Shown: piece after piece, positions 9,237 to 19,225 of the stretch
How the letters are laid out: each line of letters begins with the position of its first letter
How positions within the stretch are numbered: position 1 is the stretch's first letter
Assembly (NCBI GenBank): GCA_050013615.1
Contig: JBEKEX010000002.1
Coordinates: 8,661-72,660, forward strand
Source: Anaerolineaceae bacterium
Lineage (GTDB): Bacteria > Chloroflexota > Anaerolineae > Anaerolineales > Anaerolineaceae
Reading direction: 5' to 3'
DNA: 64,000 nucleotides
The notes under the pieces: model-generated
Told to the model about the DNA's origin: nothing
The model's database searches: none
Seen by the model: the letters and a program-made list of their open reading frames with translations, nothing else
Made by a program: the position numbers and the translations under genes

Positions 9237-10016
9237 ATGGCTATTGCTCAACTGGATATGGAAGTGGTTTACGAGCGCCCCGAAGCGCTGACGGACACCG
9301 CCACGCATTACTGCCCCGGCTGCACTCATGGCATTGCGCACCGCCTGGTGGCAGAAGTGATCGACGAGATGGGCGTACGCGAGCGCACCATCGGCGTGGC
9401 TTCGGTCGGCTGCTCGGTGTTCGCCTACAATTATTTCGATTTCGATTGGGTGCAAGCGCCCCATGGGCGTGCACCGGCCATGGCAACCGGCGTCAAACGC
9501 GTTCTGCCCGACCGGGTGGTCTTCACCTACCAGGGTGATGGCGATCTGGCATCCATCGGCATGGCCGAGATCGTGCACGCCGCCGCCCGCGGTGAGAACA
9601 TCACCGTCATTTTCATCAACAACGCCAACTACGGCATGACCGGCGGCCAAATGGCGCCGACCACCTTACCGGGCATGAAGACCACCACATCTCCCAACGG
9701 GCGTGATGTGGAACAGATGGGTTACCCCATCCGCGCCTCCGAATTACTGGCCACCCTGGATGGGGCCAGCTACGTTGTCCGGCGAAGCCTGCACGACCCC
9801 AAGAACATCCGTCTGGCCAAAAAAGCCATCCGCACCGCCTTCGAGACGCAGGTGCGCGGCCTGGGATTTTCCATGGTCGAACTGCTTTCCACCTGCCCCA
9901 CCAACTGGGGCATGACACCGCAGGAAGCGCTCAAGTGGATGGAAGAGAAAATGGTGCCGTATTTCCCGCTAAAAGACTTCAAAGTCCACCCCATGCTAGC
10001 CGAGATCAAGGTCTAG
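9237..10016 (+). CDS. 2-oxoacid:ferredoxin oxidoreductase beta subunit (TPP-binding)
   Basis: It contains the YCPGCTHG and YQGDGD TPP-binding motifs. The AGGAG at 9223-9227 favours the ATG at 9237, but 9228 is also possible. Confidence 0.85.
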   Translation: MAIAQLDMEVVYERPEALTDTATHYCPGCTHGIAHRLVAEVIDEMGVRERTIGVASVGCSVFAYNYFDFDWVQAPHGRAPAMATGVKRVLPDRVVFTYQGDGDLASIGMAEIVHAAARGENITVIFINNANYGMTGGQMAPTTLPGMKTTTSPNGRDVEQMGYPIRASELLATLDGASYVVRRSLHDPKNIRLAKKAIRTAFETQVRGLGFSMVELLSTCPTNWGMTPQEALKWMEEKMVPYFPLKDFKVHPMLAEIKV

Positions 10017-10027
10017 GGAGGAAACCC

Positions 10028-10567
10028 ATGCAAACTGAGATCATCATCGCTGGATTTGGCGGTCAAGGTGTGCTTTTTGCCGGGCAGCTTTTATCCTATG
10101 CTGCATTGGATGAAAAAAAAGAAGTGACCTGGATCCCCTCTTACGGCCCTGAAATGCGCGGCGGCACGGCCAATTGCACTGTGATCATCGCCGACGAAGA
10201 GATCGGCTCGCCGCTGGTGCGCAACCCACAGGCAGTTATTGCCATGAACCTGCCCTCTTTGGACAAGTACGAACCGCTTGTCAAACCGGGCGGGGTATTG
10301 GTCGTAAACGCCTCCATGGTGGATCGAGATGTCGCACGCGAAGACATCAAGGTGGTCACCATCGCCGGCAATGAGATCGCCGAGAAGATCGGCGATAAGC
10401 GCATGACCAACATGGTGCTGCTGGGCGGACTATTGGTCAATCAACCCGTGCTGCCGCTCGAAGCCATCGAAAAAGCCCTGAAAGACCACCTCCCCGAACG
10501 CCATCACAAGCTGTTGCCGCTCAATTACCAGGCGCTGCGCGAAGGCGCAAAGTTTGTGGTCAATTAA
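10028..10567 (+). CDS. 2-oxoacid:ferredoxin oxidoreductase gamma subunit
   Basis: MQTEIIIAGFGGQGVLFAGQ is a gamma-subunit N-terminus. The RBS gggagga precedes the ATG at 10028. I rejected the track start at 9935 because it overlaps the beta gene. Confidence 0.85.
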   Translation: MQTEIIIAGFGGQGVLFAGQLLSYAALDEKKEVTWIPSYGPEMRGGTANCTVIIADEEIGSPLVRNPQAVIAMNLPSLDKYEPLVKPGGVLVVNASMVDRDVAREDIKVVTIAGNEIAEKIGDKRMTNMVLLGGLLVNQPVLPLEAIEKALKDHLPERHHKLLPLNYQALREGAKFVVN

Positions 10568-10797
10568 CCATCCAAAGCGTGATCGAAAAGCTTAAAATAA
10601 ACAACTTGGCCGGCAATCAATGCCGGCCATTTTTTGTGTGTAAGTGCTCGCGAGACCGTCAGGAAGACGACCAGTCCTGATCGACCAGCACCCAGCCCAA
10701 TGAATCGGCTGCCTTCTGCTTCTGGAAATGCCCACCGCTGTCGACGCTTCCGGTGAAAACGTCATTGGCCATATCGAGCACTTCCCCCTGCCGCTCG
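10508..10797. repeat. Direct repeat copy A. It covers the 3' end of the OFOR gamma gene, the terminator and the 3' end of wzt, all parts of intact genes.
   Basis: It aligns by eye with 27999-28287 (see copy B). Confidence 0.85.
10606..10635. terminator. Bidirectional intrinsic terminator between the convergent gamma-subunit and wzt genes
   Basis: The hairpin ggccggca-atcaa-tgccggcc is flanked by an A-run upstream and tttttt downstream. Confidence 0.7.
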
Positions 10798-11918
10798 ATT
10801 TGAAGAGAAATACTGATGTTACCCGGGGCAATGGGAAATTTAGTGATCTTACACGTCACAGAACCTGTTCGGGACTTCAATTTCAACGACCCGGCGGTTG
10901 TTCTCGTGGAAAGATTCGAGATGACGTCCCCGTTCAGCGTCTTCAGCAAGATCGAAAAATTGACGTCCGTCACAGGCGTGGGATAGCTCGTCTCGTACTC
11001 GATCACAAAGCTCGTGGGCGAACCGCTCGTCAGCGTATCCACGACCGCCCCATGCTCGCCGCGGATGGTAAACCCGGTGATCTTTATCGGCCCGGCCGGC
11101 AGCCCCTGGCGGCTTTCTTCGAGCTCATACTTGCTTTCCGACACGACAGAAGAGAGGTAGTACTCGACTGCATCCGACACGCGGCCAAGCGGGAACGCTA
11201 CATTTCCGTGTTCGAGTACCATCGCCTGGTTGCATAGGGAAGCCACCGTGGTCATATTATGGCTGATAAAAAGGATCGTCCCGCCATTCAAAGAGACTTC
11301 CTTGATCTTGGCTATACTTTTCTGTTGGAAAGCCGCGTCCCCCACCGACAAGACCTCATCGACCAACAAAACCTGCGGGTGCAGGTGAGCTGCCACTGAA
11401 AAAGCCAAGCGCACTTCCATGCCTGAGGAGAAGCGCTTGACCGGTGTATCGAGGAATTGCTCGACGCCCGAGAACGCCACGATCTCGTCGAATTTCTTCT
11501 TGATCTCGGCTCGCGACATCCCTATGATCGATCCGCTGATAAAAATATTTTCCCTGCCGGTCAACTCGGAGTGGAAACCGGTGCCTACTTCGAGCAGTGA
11601 GCCCACTCTGCCATAGATGGTGACCCTGCCGGTCGTGGGTTGCGTGACGCGGCTCAAGATTTTGAGCAGAGTGCTCTTCCCTGCCCCGTTCCTGCCGATG
11701 ATACCGATGATATCACCTTCATTGGCTTCGAAGGAAACATCCTGGAGCGCCCAAAAAGTGGTGTACTTGCCTTGGCCTGTCCCATTGCGGAGTCGATTCG
11801 CAAAGTTCATTACATCATCGACCAGTACGCGCTGATTCTGGCGCCAGCCTATCCCAGTGTTAGGGCGGAGCCTGTAGCGTTTAGAGATGCTCTCTGTTCG
11901 GAGAATAAAATCAGACAT
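10659..11918 (-). CDS. wzt: Polysaccharide/glycopolymer export ABC transporter ATP-binding protein (Wzt/TagH type) with a C-terminal extension
   Basis: It has Walker A GRNGAGKST, the signature FSSGMEVRLAFS and Walker B LLVDEVLSVGD. About 170 aa follow the NBD, as in Wzt C-terminal glycan-binding domains. It overlaps the permease gene by 1 nt. Confidence 0.8.
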   Translation of the reverse strand: MSDFILRTESISKRYRLRPNTGIGWRQNQRVLVDDVMNFANRLRNGTGQGKYTTFWALQDVSFEANEGDIIGIIGRNGAGKSTLLKILSRVTQPTTGRVTIYGRVGSLLEVGTGFHSELTGRENIFISGSIIGMSRAEIKKKFDEIVAFSGVEQFLDTPVKRFSSGMEVRLAFSVAAHLHPQVLLVDEVLSVGDAAFQQKSIAKIKEVSLNGGTILFISHNMTTVASLCNQAMVLEHGNVAFPLGRVSDAVEYYLSSVVSESKYELEESRQGLPAGPIKITGFTIRGEHGAVVDTLTSGSPTSFVIEYETSYPTPVTDVNFSILLKTLNGDVISNLSTRTTAGSLKLKSRTGSVTCKITKFPIAPGNISISLQIERQGEVLDMANDVFTGSVDSGGHFQKQKAADSLGWVLVDQDWSSS

Positions 11919-12772
11919 CAGATATAATCCGCAAAACTTCGCTCTAAGCGACTAAAGATGAACAGGCCGATGATAAAAATGATGCAGGAGGCGATAGCCG
12001 AATAAACGAGGGACTGCAAAGGAAAGTCGATGGTGGTAAAGAATGCCCAACGGAAGCCATTGATCAAGCCAACGATTGGGTTCAAATCGTAGATCCAGCT
12101 CCAACTTGCCGGGATCAACTTGGCCGAATACGCCAGCGGTGAGGCAAACATCCACACCTGGATGATGAACGGCAGAGCATAGGAAAAATCACGATAATAA
12201 ACATTGAGAGCAGCAAAAATGGTCCCCACCCCGATCGCAAGCATCAGAACAAAAACAACCAGCACGGGGATGATGAGCAAATTCAGTGAGAATGGCATCC
12301 GGTACACCAATAACAAAATGACCAAAACGGCCAGCGATACCAAGAAATCGACCAGCGTGGAAAGGGCTTCTGAAATCGGAAGGATGATGCGGGGAAAAAA
12401 TATCTTGGTGATAAGCCGCAAATCCTTGGTCAGGCTGTCGCTGGAACGTTGGAGCGATTGTGCGAAAATATTCCACGGCAATAGACCCGAAAAAGCGTAC
12501 AAAGAATAATTGATATTCTCCGAAGGTGCTTTCATCAATTGGCCGAAGATGAGGGTAAAGATGACCGTGGTCAACAACGGTTGAAGAATGACCCAGGTGA
12601 CGCCTAGAAATGTTTGGCGGTAGCGGAGCTGCACTTCGCGCATCGCCAGCATCCAGAGCAGTTCACGATGTTCCCATAATTCTTTGAGATTGAGGTTGAA
12701 CCACTTTTCGGACGGCTCGATGACCATTTTTTTTAGCTTTGGGGGGTCCGGCATTTTCTCAACCGACATCAT
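11918..12772 (-). CDS. wzm: ABC-2 type polysaccharide export permease (Wzm/TagG type)
   Basis: At 284 aa it has about 6 hydrophobic segments. The N-terminal ELWEHRELLWMLAMREVQLRYRQTFLGVTWVILQP is typical of the ABC-2 family. It is translationally coupled to wzt (TGATG overlap). Confidence 0.8.
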   Translation of the reverse strand: MMSVEKMPDPPKLKKMVIEPSEKWFNLNLKELWEHRELLWMLAMREVQLRYRQTFLGVTWVILQPLLTTVIFTLIFGQLMKAPSENINYSLYAFSGLLPWNIFAQSLQRSSDSLTKDLRLITKIFFPRIILPISEALSTLVDFLVSLAVLVILLLVYRMPFSLNLLIIPVLVVFVLMLAIGVGTIFAALNVYYRDFSYALPFIIQVWMFASPLAYSAKLIPASWSWIYDLNPIVGLINGFRWAFFTTIDFPLQSLVYSAIASCIIFIIGLFIFSRLERSFADYI

Positions 12773-12993
12773 TTTTTCCTTTATCGGGAATTCGATTCAG
12801 CAAAAAGCAAAATTCTGATTTTTCTATATTATTGCGAATGATTGGCTCCCAATTAAATAACCCGAATTTCCCTTCCACGCTTGCATTTTCTTGTTAGCGA
12901 GCCTGCGCATTATTATACCGTAAGCTATACGCTTCGGCAAAATCGACCAAGCTCAATCAAATCTTTTACTCATGAAACGAGCTTATAAAATGA

Positions 12994-13021
12994 TTGACTT
13001 AGGATAGCAAATCTCTATAAT
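12994..13021 (+). promoter_or_regulatory. Sigma70-like promoter for the methyltransferase gene
   Basis: TTGACT (12994-12999), a 16-nt spacer and TATAAT (13016-13021). Confidence 0.45.
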
Positions 13022-13133
13022 GGTCTTATAAAATTGGCAATCTCAATACTTGCCAGTAACAACCTGATGCGGTGACCCTCAACAGGGGTTATTATATTCT
13101 TTGCCAATCGAATTCGAAAACCTGAATAATGGG

Positions 13134-13808
13134 ATGAATATGGAAACTTTGCAAGAACGTGCCAACAAGATTAAAGCAGAAGGGATCTTCCTCGGTGGTG
13201 TTCCTCAACGATTTGAGATTGCCGGCCGAACACTTTTAATCACCCTGTTGAGTGAGGGTTTACATCCTTATTCCAAAGTCCTGGACATTGGCTGCGGATG
13301 CCTGCGTGGGGGATATTGGCTTATTCACTTCCTTGATAAAAACCGCTATTTTGGCATAGAGCCCAACAAGAAAATGCTCGATGCAGGGCTCCAATATCTT
13401 TTGGAGCCGGGGTTATACGAGGAAAAGAATCCGCACTTCGATAATAATTCGGATTTTAACTTTGATGTCTTCAAGGAAAAGTTCGATTTTCTCGTGGCGC
13501 TTTCGATATGGACCCACGCTTCGAAGCCCCAAATTCAAAGCATGCTGGATGGTTTTGTCAGTACCACCGACACAAAAGGGGTATTTATCACCTCGTACTA
13601 TCCCGCGACGATATTCAAACCTGATTACAAGGGCGCAAACTGGATCGGGGCTGGGAATCCTGCACAACCGCACGGGATGATCCATCACAGTCTTGGATGG
13701 ATCAAAGCCGAATGTGAAAAAAGAGGGTTGGTTGCCCAAGAGGTTCCGGAAAAGGCGTACCAATACTGGAATCAAACCTGGCTGAAGATTAGCCATAAAG
13801 CGGCCTGA
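13134..13808 (+). CDS. Class I SAM-dependent methyltransferase
   Basis: It carries motif I, VLDIGCGCLRGGYW. The start is ambiguous between the TTG at 13101 (track) and the ATG at 13134 or 13140. Confidence 0.65.
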   Translation: MNMETLQERANKIKAEGIFLGGVPQRFEIAGRTLLITLLSEGLHPYSKVLDIGCGCLRGGYWLIHFLDKNRYFGIEPNKKMLDAGLQYLLEPGLYEEKNPHFDNNSDFNFDVFKEKFDFLVALSIWTHASKPQIQSMLDGFVSTTDTKGVFITSYYPATIFKPDYKGANWIGAGNPAQPHGMIHHSLGWIKAECEKRGLVAQEVPEKAYQYWNQTWLKISHKAA

Positions 13809-13853
13809 ATCCTTCAGTAAGTTTGACCTTTTATCAAGCGATGAATAACTCTA

Positions 13854-16487
13854 TCATGAAATTTCTTCGATATATCGCTGAATGATCTCAGCCACTTGAC
13901 TCACTGCCGGCTCGAACAAGATACTCCCATGATAGCAATCCAAAGGATGAATGACCAATTCACCTAAGGAAACCCGATTCCAGCCATTGGTTGGATTCTT
14001 TGAAGCCGGCCCGCGAATGGCCTTGAAAAGGATCACCCGTCCCGGGTAAGGGAGCACCTGGTATTCCCGCGTCGCCTGACGGTTAACCTTTTCCATCTGG
14101 AGGATGCTTACCGGAAGCGCAATCTGCCTGGTTTTTTTCGATTTTCCACGGTGACTTTCCAAAAACCGCTCAACCCTTTGCTGACCAATCTCCCGGTAGA
14201 ACCGCAGATAATCCATTTTCCCTTGCCAATTAGATTTTAACAGAATGGTGAAGTGCTTCTTGATCAACATTTCATAATAAGGCACACTCTTCTTTTCGCG
14301 ATAACCATCGCTTATTGACTCTTCCATATTATATGTGTCCAGCATCACTAGCACGGGAACTTGTTTGTCGGTTTTCAACAACTGTTGGGCCATTTCGTAG
14401 GCAATCTTGCCACCTGATGATTCGCCAATGAGCACGTAGGGGCCATGCGAATAGAGCTTTTTGATCTCGGCCAGGTAATAAGCAGCCATGGTTTCGATCG
14501 AGCGCGAAATCTGCTCCCGGTTGTCGTTGCTCAAATCCTGCAAAGCGAACACCGGTGTCTGAGGATCGATCTTTTTAGCCAGGTGACGGATCCGGGTAGG
14601 ATAACCGCCTTTGCCCGGAATAAAGAACAAAGGGGCATGGTCACCCTCGGTATTGATGGGAATAATGGGTGAATAATTTTGTGCCTCATCCTCGTTTCGG
14701 ATCAGTTCCGCTTGCTTGCGGATGGTGGGGGCAATCAGAAGTGTCGAGACCGGCAAATTCTTGCCCAAGGCTTCTTCGATGGCGGCAAAAATGAGCGCAC
14801 CGATAAGCGAATCGCCACCCACTTCGAAGAAATCGTCTGTGACACCAACCCCGTTGACGCCGATTTGTTCTTCCCAGATCGCCATCAATTGCTTTTCCAG
14901 CTCATCGGCAGGGGGTACGTAATCATTGGAAAGCGGCGGCCGAACCATTTTTGGAAGCGGAAATTGGTTGATGGCCACTTTACCGCTCATGGTTAATGGA
15001 AATTCATCGAGCTCGATTAAATAATGAGGCAGCACAGCCGCTGGCAACCGTTCGGCCAAATATTTGCGGAGATCCGAGACAGGAATTTGAATGCCTTTTT
15101 CCGCAACAAAATATAAAGCCAGTCTCTTGTTCCCATTGTGATCCTCAAAAGTTCGAGAGGCAACCTGGACAATGCCAGGGTAGGAAAGTATATAATTCTC
15201 GATGCTCTCCAGTTCGATTCGGATCCCGCGAATCTTGACCATGTTGTCGATCCTGCCTAGGTGTACCAATTGACCATCGGATCGCAGCGTCCCCAGATCG
15301 CCCGTTTTGAAATATTGCCATCCCGGATGATCAGGGTCGGGAATAAACCTCTCCTGGGTCAGTTTCGAATTATTGATATATCCTCTCGCCAAGACATCCC
15401 CATAGACAACGATCTCGCCCTCCTGGTCGGGCGGCAAGGGGCACCCCTGCTCATCCCAAATATAAACTTTTATATCCTCATAAGGCTCCCCGCAGGGAAG
15501 ATTATCCTGCCCAAAGTTAAAATCGATCGGAAAGAATGTAGAAGAAACAGCCTGCGTTTCCGTGGAAGCAAAACCAAGCTGGATTCGCTTCACACCAGGA
15601 AAATATTTCTTGATATCCTGAATATCCTTAGGAAGCCTCTTCTCTGATCCCACATGAACAGTGTTGACACACGGAAATTTATCATTTGGGCCTAATATAC
15701 TGACCATGCTTCGGAATAGCGTAGAAGTAGATCGATAAACAGTAATCTGTTGCTGGCGAATCCAATTGGGCAAGTCAGCAAAGCCATCTTCTTTGACATC
15801 GTAATAACAAATCGTAAAGCCGGACACCAGTGCGTTAAAAACAAGAAGATGTAAACCGGAATAAGCAAATGTAGCTAATTGCAAAACACGGTCACTCGGT
15901 TCAAGGCTATGAGTTGATACTTTAAGAAACGCGGCCCGGCCTAAATAACGATAGTCTTCGATGGCACCTTTCGGCTGACCAGTCGAGCCTGATGTGAATA
16001 GAATTTGCACAATATCACCCGAAGAATAATTCACCTCCGGTTCGCTAATTTCTTGCTCAAAATCCACTTCATCGAGGTTAAGGATCATGACTTTATCCCC
16101 CACCAGGGAGCGGATCTGATCTAAATAAGAACTGACAGTCAAAATGACTCTAATCTCAGCATTATCGAGCATATAACGAAGCGTCGATTCTGGATAGTTC
16201 ATGCTCAGCGGGACAAAGTAATTTCTGGATTTCAAGATCCCTATCATGGACGGGATGATCTTGGAGTGATCATTCATAAACAAGCCAACCCCCAAGCCCG
16301 TTTTGCCTTTTTCAAGTTCCTGGATACGCGCAAAGATAACATTGGCCCGTTGGTTAATTTCGGCATAGGTCAATGATCCATTTTTAGTGACCAAAAATTC
16401 TTTATCCGCGTATTCACGGACAGTCTGCTTAGCCAATTTCCAATAATTATTAATGTAATCATCTCGCGTGAATTCACTACGCATCAT
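13854..16487 (-). CDS. Stand-alone NRPS-like synthetase with adenylation, thiolation (PCP) and thioesterase domains (A-T-TE), copy 1
   Basis: The A-domain cores are LTYAEINQRAN (A1), ILFTSGSTGQPKGA (A3), GEIVVYGDVLARGYIN (A6), FKTGDLG (A7), GRIDNMVKIRGIRIELESIE (A8) and SGKVAIN (A10). The PCP motif is FFEVGGDSLIG. The TE has PLFFIPGKGG, the nucleophile elbow GESSGGKIA and a C-terminal His (CYHGS). Confidence 0.85.
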   Translation of the reverse strand: MMRSEFTRDDYINNYWKLAKQTVREYADKEFLVTKNGSLTYAEINQRANVIFARIQELEKGKTGLGVGLFMNDHSKIIPSMIGILKSRNYFVPLSMNYPESTLRYMLDNAEIRVILTVSSYLDQIRSLVGDKVMILNLDEVDFEQEISEPEVNYSSGDIVQILFTSGSTGQPKGAIEDYRYLGRAAFLKVSTHSLEPSDRVLQLATFAYSGLHLLVFNALVSGFTICYYDVKEDGFADLPNWIRQQQITVYRSTSTLFRSMVSILGPNDKFPCVNTVHVGSEKRLPKDIQDIKKYFPGVKRIQLGFASTETQAVSSTFFPIDFNFGQDNLPCGEPYEDIKVYIWDEQGCPLPPDQEGEIVVYGDVLARGYINNSKLTQERFIPDPDHPGWQYFKTGDLGTLRSDGQLVHLGRIDNMVKIRGIRIELESIENYILSYPGIVQVASRTFEDHNGNKRLALYFVAEKGIQIPVSDLRKYLAERLPAAVLPHYLIELDEFPLTMSGKVAINQFPLPKMVRPPLSNDYVPPADELEKQLMAIWEEQIGVNGVGVTDDFFEVGGDSLIGALIFAAIEEALGKNLPVSTLLIAPTIRKQAELIRNEDEAQNYSPIIPINTEGDHAPLFFIPGKGGYPTRIRHLAKKIDPQTPVFALQDLSNDNREQISRSIETMAAYYLAEIKKLYSHGPYVLIGESSGGKIAYEMAQQLLKTDKQVPVLVMLDTYNMEESISDGYREKKSVPYYEMLIKKHFTILLKSNWQGKMDYLRFYREIGQQRVERFLESHRGKSKKTRQIALPVSILQMEKVNRQATREYQVLPYPGRVILFKAIRGPASKNPTNGWNRVSLGELVIHPLDCYHGSILFEPAVSQVAEIIQRYIEEIS

Positions 16488-16509
16488 CAATGTCCTTTTG
16501 ATAATAAGA

Positions 16510-16536
16510 GGCGGGAATAAACTTGTTCTTCCCGCC
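16510..16536 (-). terminator. Hairpin (attenuator or partial terminator) between SBP copy 1 and synthetase copy 1
   Basis: An 8-bp GC stem (ggcgggaa / ttcccgcc) is followed on the minus strand by the U-rich cucuuauuauc. It ends about 20 nt upstream of the synthetase start. Confidence 0.4.
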
Positions 16537-16690
16537 CCGCTATTTCAATCTACTGGTGAAGTAACTCCATTCACTTGAGCGCTCGTATCTCCTGGTCGGT
16601 CAAAATCACCCTCCAAACCAGTTCCTACAAAAGGTGAAAAACAATTTGGAGGTCAAAAAAAAAGAATCTATAGTAAAGCCTCTACCATAT

Positions 16691-17779
16691 TTATGGGTTG
16701 AGCAACTTTTGCCCTGCGGCAAGGAAGCTCGGATCCCAGAATTGATCCTCGGTAATGGGTTGTGCCAATTGACCTTGTGCGATTGACCATTTCTGGAAAT
16801 TGTCCACTCCCGAAAAATTAATCGAACCATCTACGCTGATTGGTATCCAGCAGGAGGTTTTCAGATCTGGAATGCTGACTTTCGTCGCATCAGACACGAT
16901 CTGCAAATTCCGGTCGGTCTTTCCCAGGTTGTATTGTTGAACACCCTTCAAGTAAGCAGCCATGAAGCGTGCGCCGACATCCGGGTGGTCCACCAGCAGA
17001 TTCTTACCAAAGGCCAGGATCGCGAGTTGTGTTGTTCCCACAACATCTTGCGCTCCGGTTAAAACAACCGCATTTCCAGTAGCCATCAACTTTGTTACCC
17101 ACAGCTCTGGCGCAACAATTGCAGCCACCGATTTATTATTGAGTGCATCAACGTAACCGGCTGTGGGAACATTATTTAATACTACATCATTTAAAGTTAA
17201 GCCAGCCTGCGCCAAATATGCGCTTAAAAAATATCCGCTTGTCCCGGAATTCGTGGATACGATGATCTGGCCTTTCAAATCCGCCGCTTTGGTAATCTTT
17301 CCACTATCATACAAATCTTTGCGCACCATAATGCCCACGTAAGTGCAGCTATCGCCAGGAGCTATGTGTCCCCGGTCTGCTACCACTTTGACATTTTTCT
17401 CCTGACCCAAGACATTTAAAAGTCCAGCATCAATGGAACTGGCGTAGGCATCCAGGTCACCAGAAACTAGCAAAGGAAGTGCTTCGTTCGACTTATTGAC
17501 GGTGACATAATCAACTTTGATGCCATATTCCGTAAAATACCCCTCTGCTTCTGCGATGAAAATTGGCGCAAAACTGGGAACTGAAGAACTGTTAATTTTC
17601 ACTGTGACCATCTCGTACGTGGCAGTTTGTGCCGATGTTGCCATGACCGGCTGTGTGGTTGATACAACGGTGTCAACTGCCGTGGAGCTTTGGCTGGCCC
17701 CAGTAGTTGTTGCGCCGCTGCAGCTACTTAATAGAACCGCGATAAATACAAGCAAAGTAGGTAACAAATTCCTCTTCAT
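16691..17779 (-). CDS. Lipoprotein solute-binding protein, NMT1/SsuA-like (NitT/TauT ABC family), copy 1
   Basis: It has a signal peptide with the lipobox LLSSC and an S/T-rich linker. The body is alignable along its full length to the SBP at 18049-19122. The ATG at 17779 is preceded by ggaggag. Confidence 0.75.
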   Translation of the reverse strand: MKRNLLPTLLVFIAVLLSSCSGATTTGASQSSTAVDTVVSTTQPVMATSAQTATYEMVTVKINSSSVPSFAPIFIAEAEGYFTEYGIKVDYVTVNKSNEALPLLVSGDLDAYASSIDAGLLNVLGQEKNVKVVADRGHIAPGDSCTYVGIMVRKDLYDSGKITKAADLKGQIIVSTNSGTSGYFLSAYLAQAGLTLNDVVLNNVPTAGYVDALNNKSVAAIVAPELWVTKLMATGNAVVLTGAQDVVGTTQLAILAFGKNLLVDHPDVGARFMAAYLKGVQQYNLGKTDRNLQIVSDATKVSIPDLKTSCWIPISVDGSINFSGVDNFQKWSIAQGQLAQPITEDQFWDPSFLAAGQKLLNP

Positions 17780-18048
17780 CACTTCTCCTCCGTTTGAGAA
17801 CATAATTTACCTAGCCTAGACACACATTATACTAAATTCGCAAAAACTAATAAAGCATTACCTCCTACAACCGCCAAAAATCAACTACAAGTGAACATTC
17901 GATGTATGATATGTCCTTGCAAGTTCACTATCACCTATCGAGCCATAATTTTTCAAAACGATATCCGTTTTATTGCATATCCATGATTATTTAATATATA
18001 ATTAACCCCATCAGGTAATTATTACAATTTTTCATGTTTGGAGGAGTC

Positions 18049-19122
18049 ATGCGAGCAAAATTTCTTGTATTAATTATTGTTTTCACATTTCTAGTCAGCT
18101 CTTGCAGTAGTACCACGTCACCAGTGAGCGTGGTAAATATCCCTACAACTGCCAATACTCAAGTTGCATCAAGCACCACAGCACCATCAACGGTGGCTTA
18201 TACACCAATCACTTTGAAAATGTCGATGACAAAACACACCAGCTTCGCCCCAATATTTATTGCACAAGCTGAGGGTTATTTCAAGGATTATGGCATCGAT
18301 CTGCAAATTGTGCCGGCCAGTGGAGCTACACAGACCGTGGCGTTATTTGTTGCCGGTACCGTCGATATCTATGGCGGGACTTTGAATTCCGGTTTGATAA
18401 ACATGATAGCCAAAGACTCAAATATAAAAGTAGTAGCCGATCGAGGACATTTTGGGTCCGGAGAATGCACATATGAAGCTATTGTGGTTCGAAAAGATCT
18501 TTATGATAGCGGCAAAATTACATCCGCTAAAGACCTCGCCGGTCAGACAATTGCTTCCACTGCCACAGGGCCAGATGCCTATATCCTGGCCACTTACCTG
18601 GCACAAGCCGGATTGACATTGAAAGATGTTTCTCTTAATGACGTTCCCAACACGAGTTATATCGACGCATTTAACAACAAAACCATCGCTGCCGTTGTGA
18701 CCCCAGAGCTCAACCTCTCAAAATTAATGGCTGCCGGAAATGCTGTAATCCTGGCCAGTGCCCAAGACATCATCGGCAATTATCAGGTTAGTGTACTGGC
18801 CTTTAGTAAGAGTATAACTGTGGACAACCCTGACGCAGGTGCCCGATTCCTGGCAGCCTACTTAAAAGGCGTTCAACAATACAACCTCGGTAAAACAGAT
18901 AGTAATCTGCAGATTCTTTCTACCGCCACTGGAGAAGCGACAGATACGCTGAAGAATTCATGCTGGTTACCCATCAACGAAAACGCATCGATCGATTTCT
19001 CAGGCGTGAATGGTTTTCAGCAATGGGCTTTGTCGCAAGGACTAATAGATAGTGCCGTCTCCGAAAATCAATTTATGGATATGAGTTTTCTGGCTGCAGC
19101 ACAAAAGCTGATCAATAAATAG
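18049..19122 (+). CDS. Lipoprotein solute-binding protein, NMT1/SsuA-like (NitT/TauT ABC family), copy 2
   Basis: It has the lipobox LVSSC. Blocks shared with copy 1 include SFAPIFIA.AEGYF, KVVADRGH, VRKDLYDSGKIT, YLAQAGLTL.DV and GARF.AAYLKGVQQYNLGKTD.NLQI. The ATG at 18049 is preceded by ggagga. Confidence 0.75.
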   Translation: MRAKFLVLIIVFTFLVSSCSSTTSPVSVVNIPTTANTQVASSTTAPSTVAYTPITLKMSMTKHTSFAPIFIAQAEGYFKDYGIDLQIVPASGATQTVALFVAGTVDIYGGTLNSGLINMIAKDSNIKVVADRGHFGSGECTYEAIVVRKDLYDSGKITSAKDLAGQTIASTATGPDAYILATYLAQAGLTLKDVSLNDVPNTSYIDAFNNKTIAAVVTPELNLSKLMAAGNAVILASAQDIIGNYQVSVLAFSKSITVDNPDAGARFLAAYLKGVQQYNLGKTDSNLQILSTATGEATDTLKNSCWLPINENASIDFSGVNGFQQWALSQGLIDSAVSENQFMDMSFLAAAQKLINK

Positions 19123-19157
19123 GCTAATTCTTCATTAAGTGCGCTTAAGTTTAAAGC

Positions 19158-19196
19158 ATAAGGGGTAGGAGTGACGGAGTCATACTTACCCCTTAT
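19158..19196 (+). terminator. Hairpin (attenuator or partial terminator) between SBP copy 2 and synthetase copy 2
   Basis: A perfect 10-bp stem (ataaggggta / taccccttat) with a 19-nt loop, followed by uaauggcucuu. Confidence 0.4.
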
Positions 19197-19225
19197 TAAT
19201 GGCTCTTCAAATCCGCGGAACTATA

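Noticed and set aside
17889-17928. 7-bp inverted repeat (agtgaac N26 gttcact) in the divergent SBP promoter region, as a shared operator
   Set aside because: It is too short and too widely spaced in AT-rich DNA to distinguish from chance. No regulator gene is adjacent.
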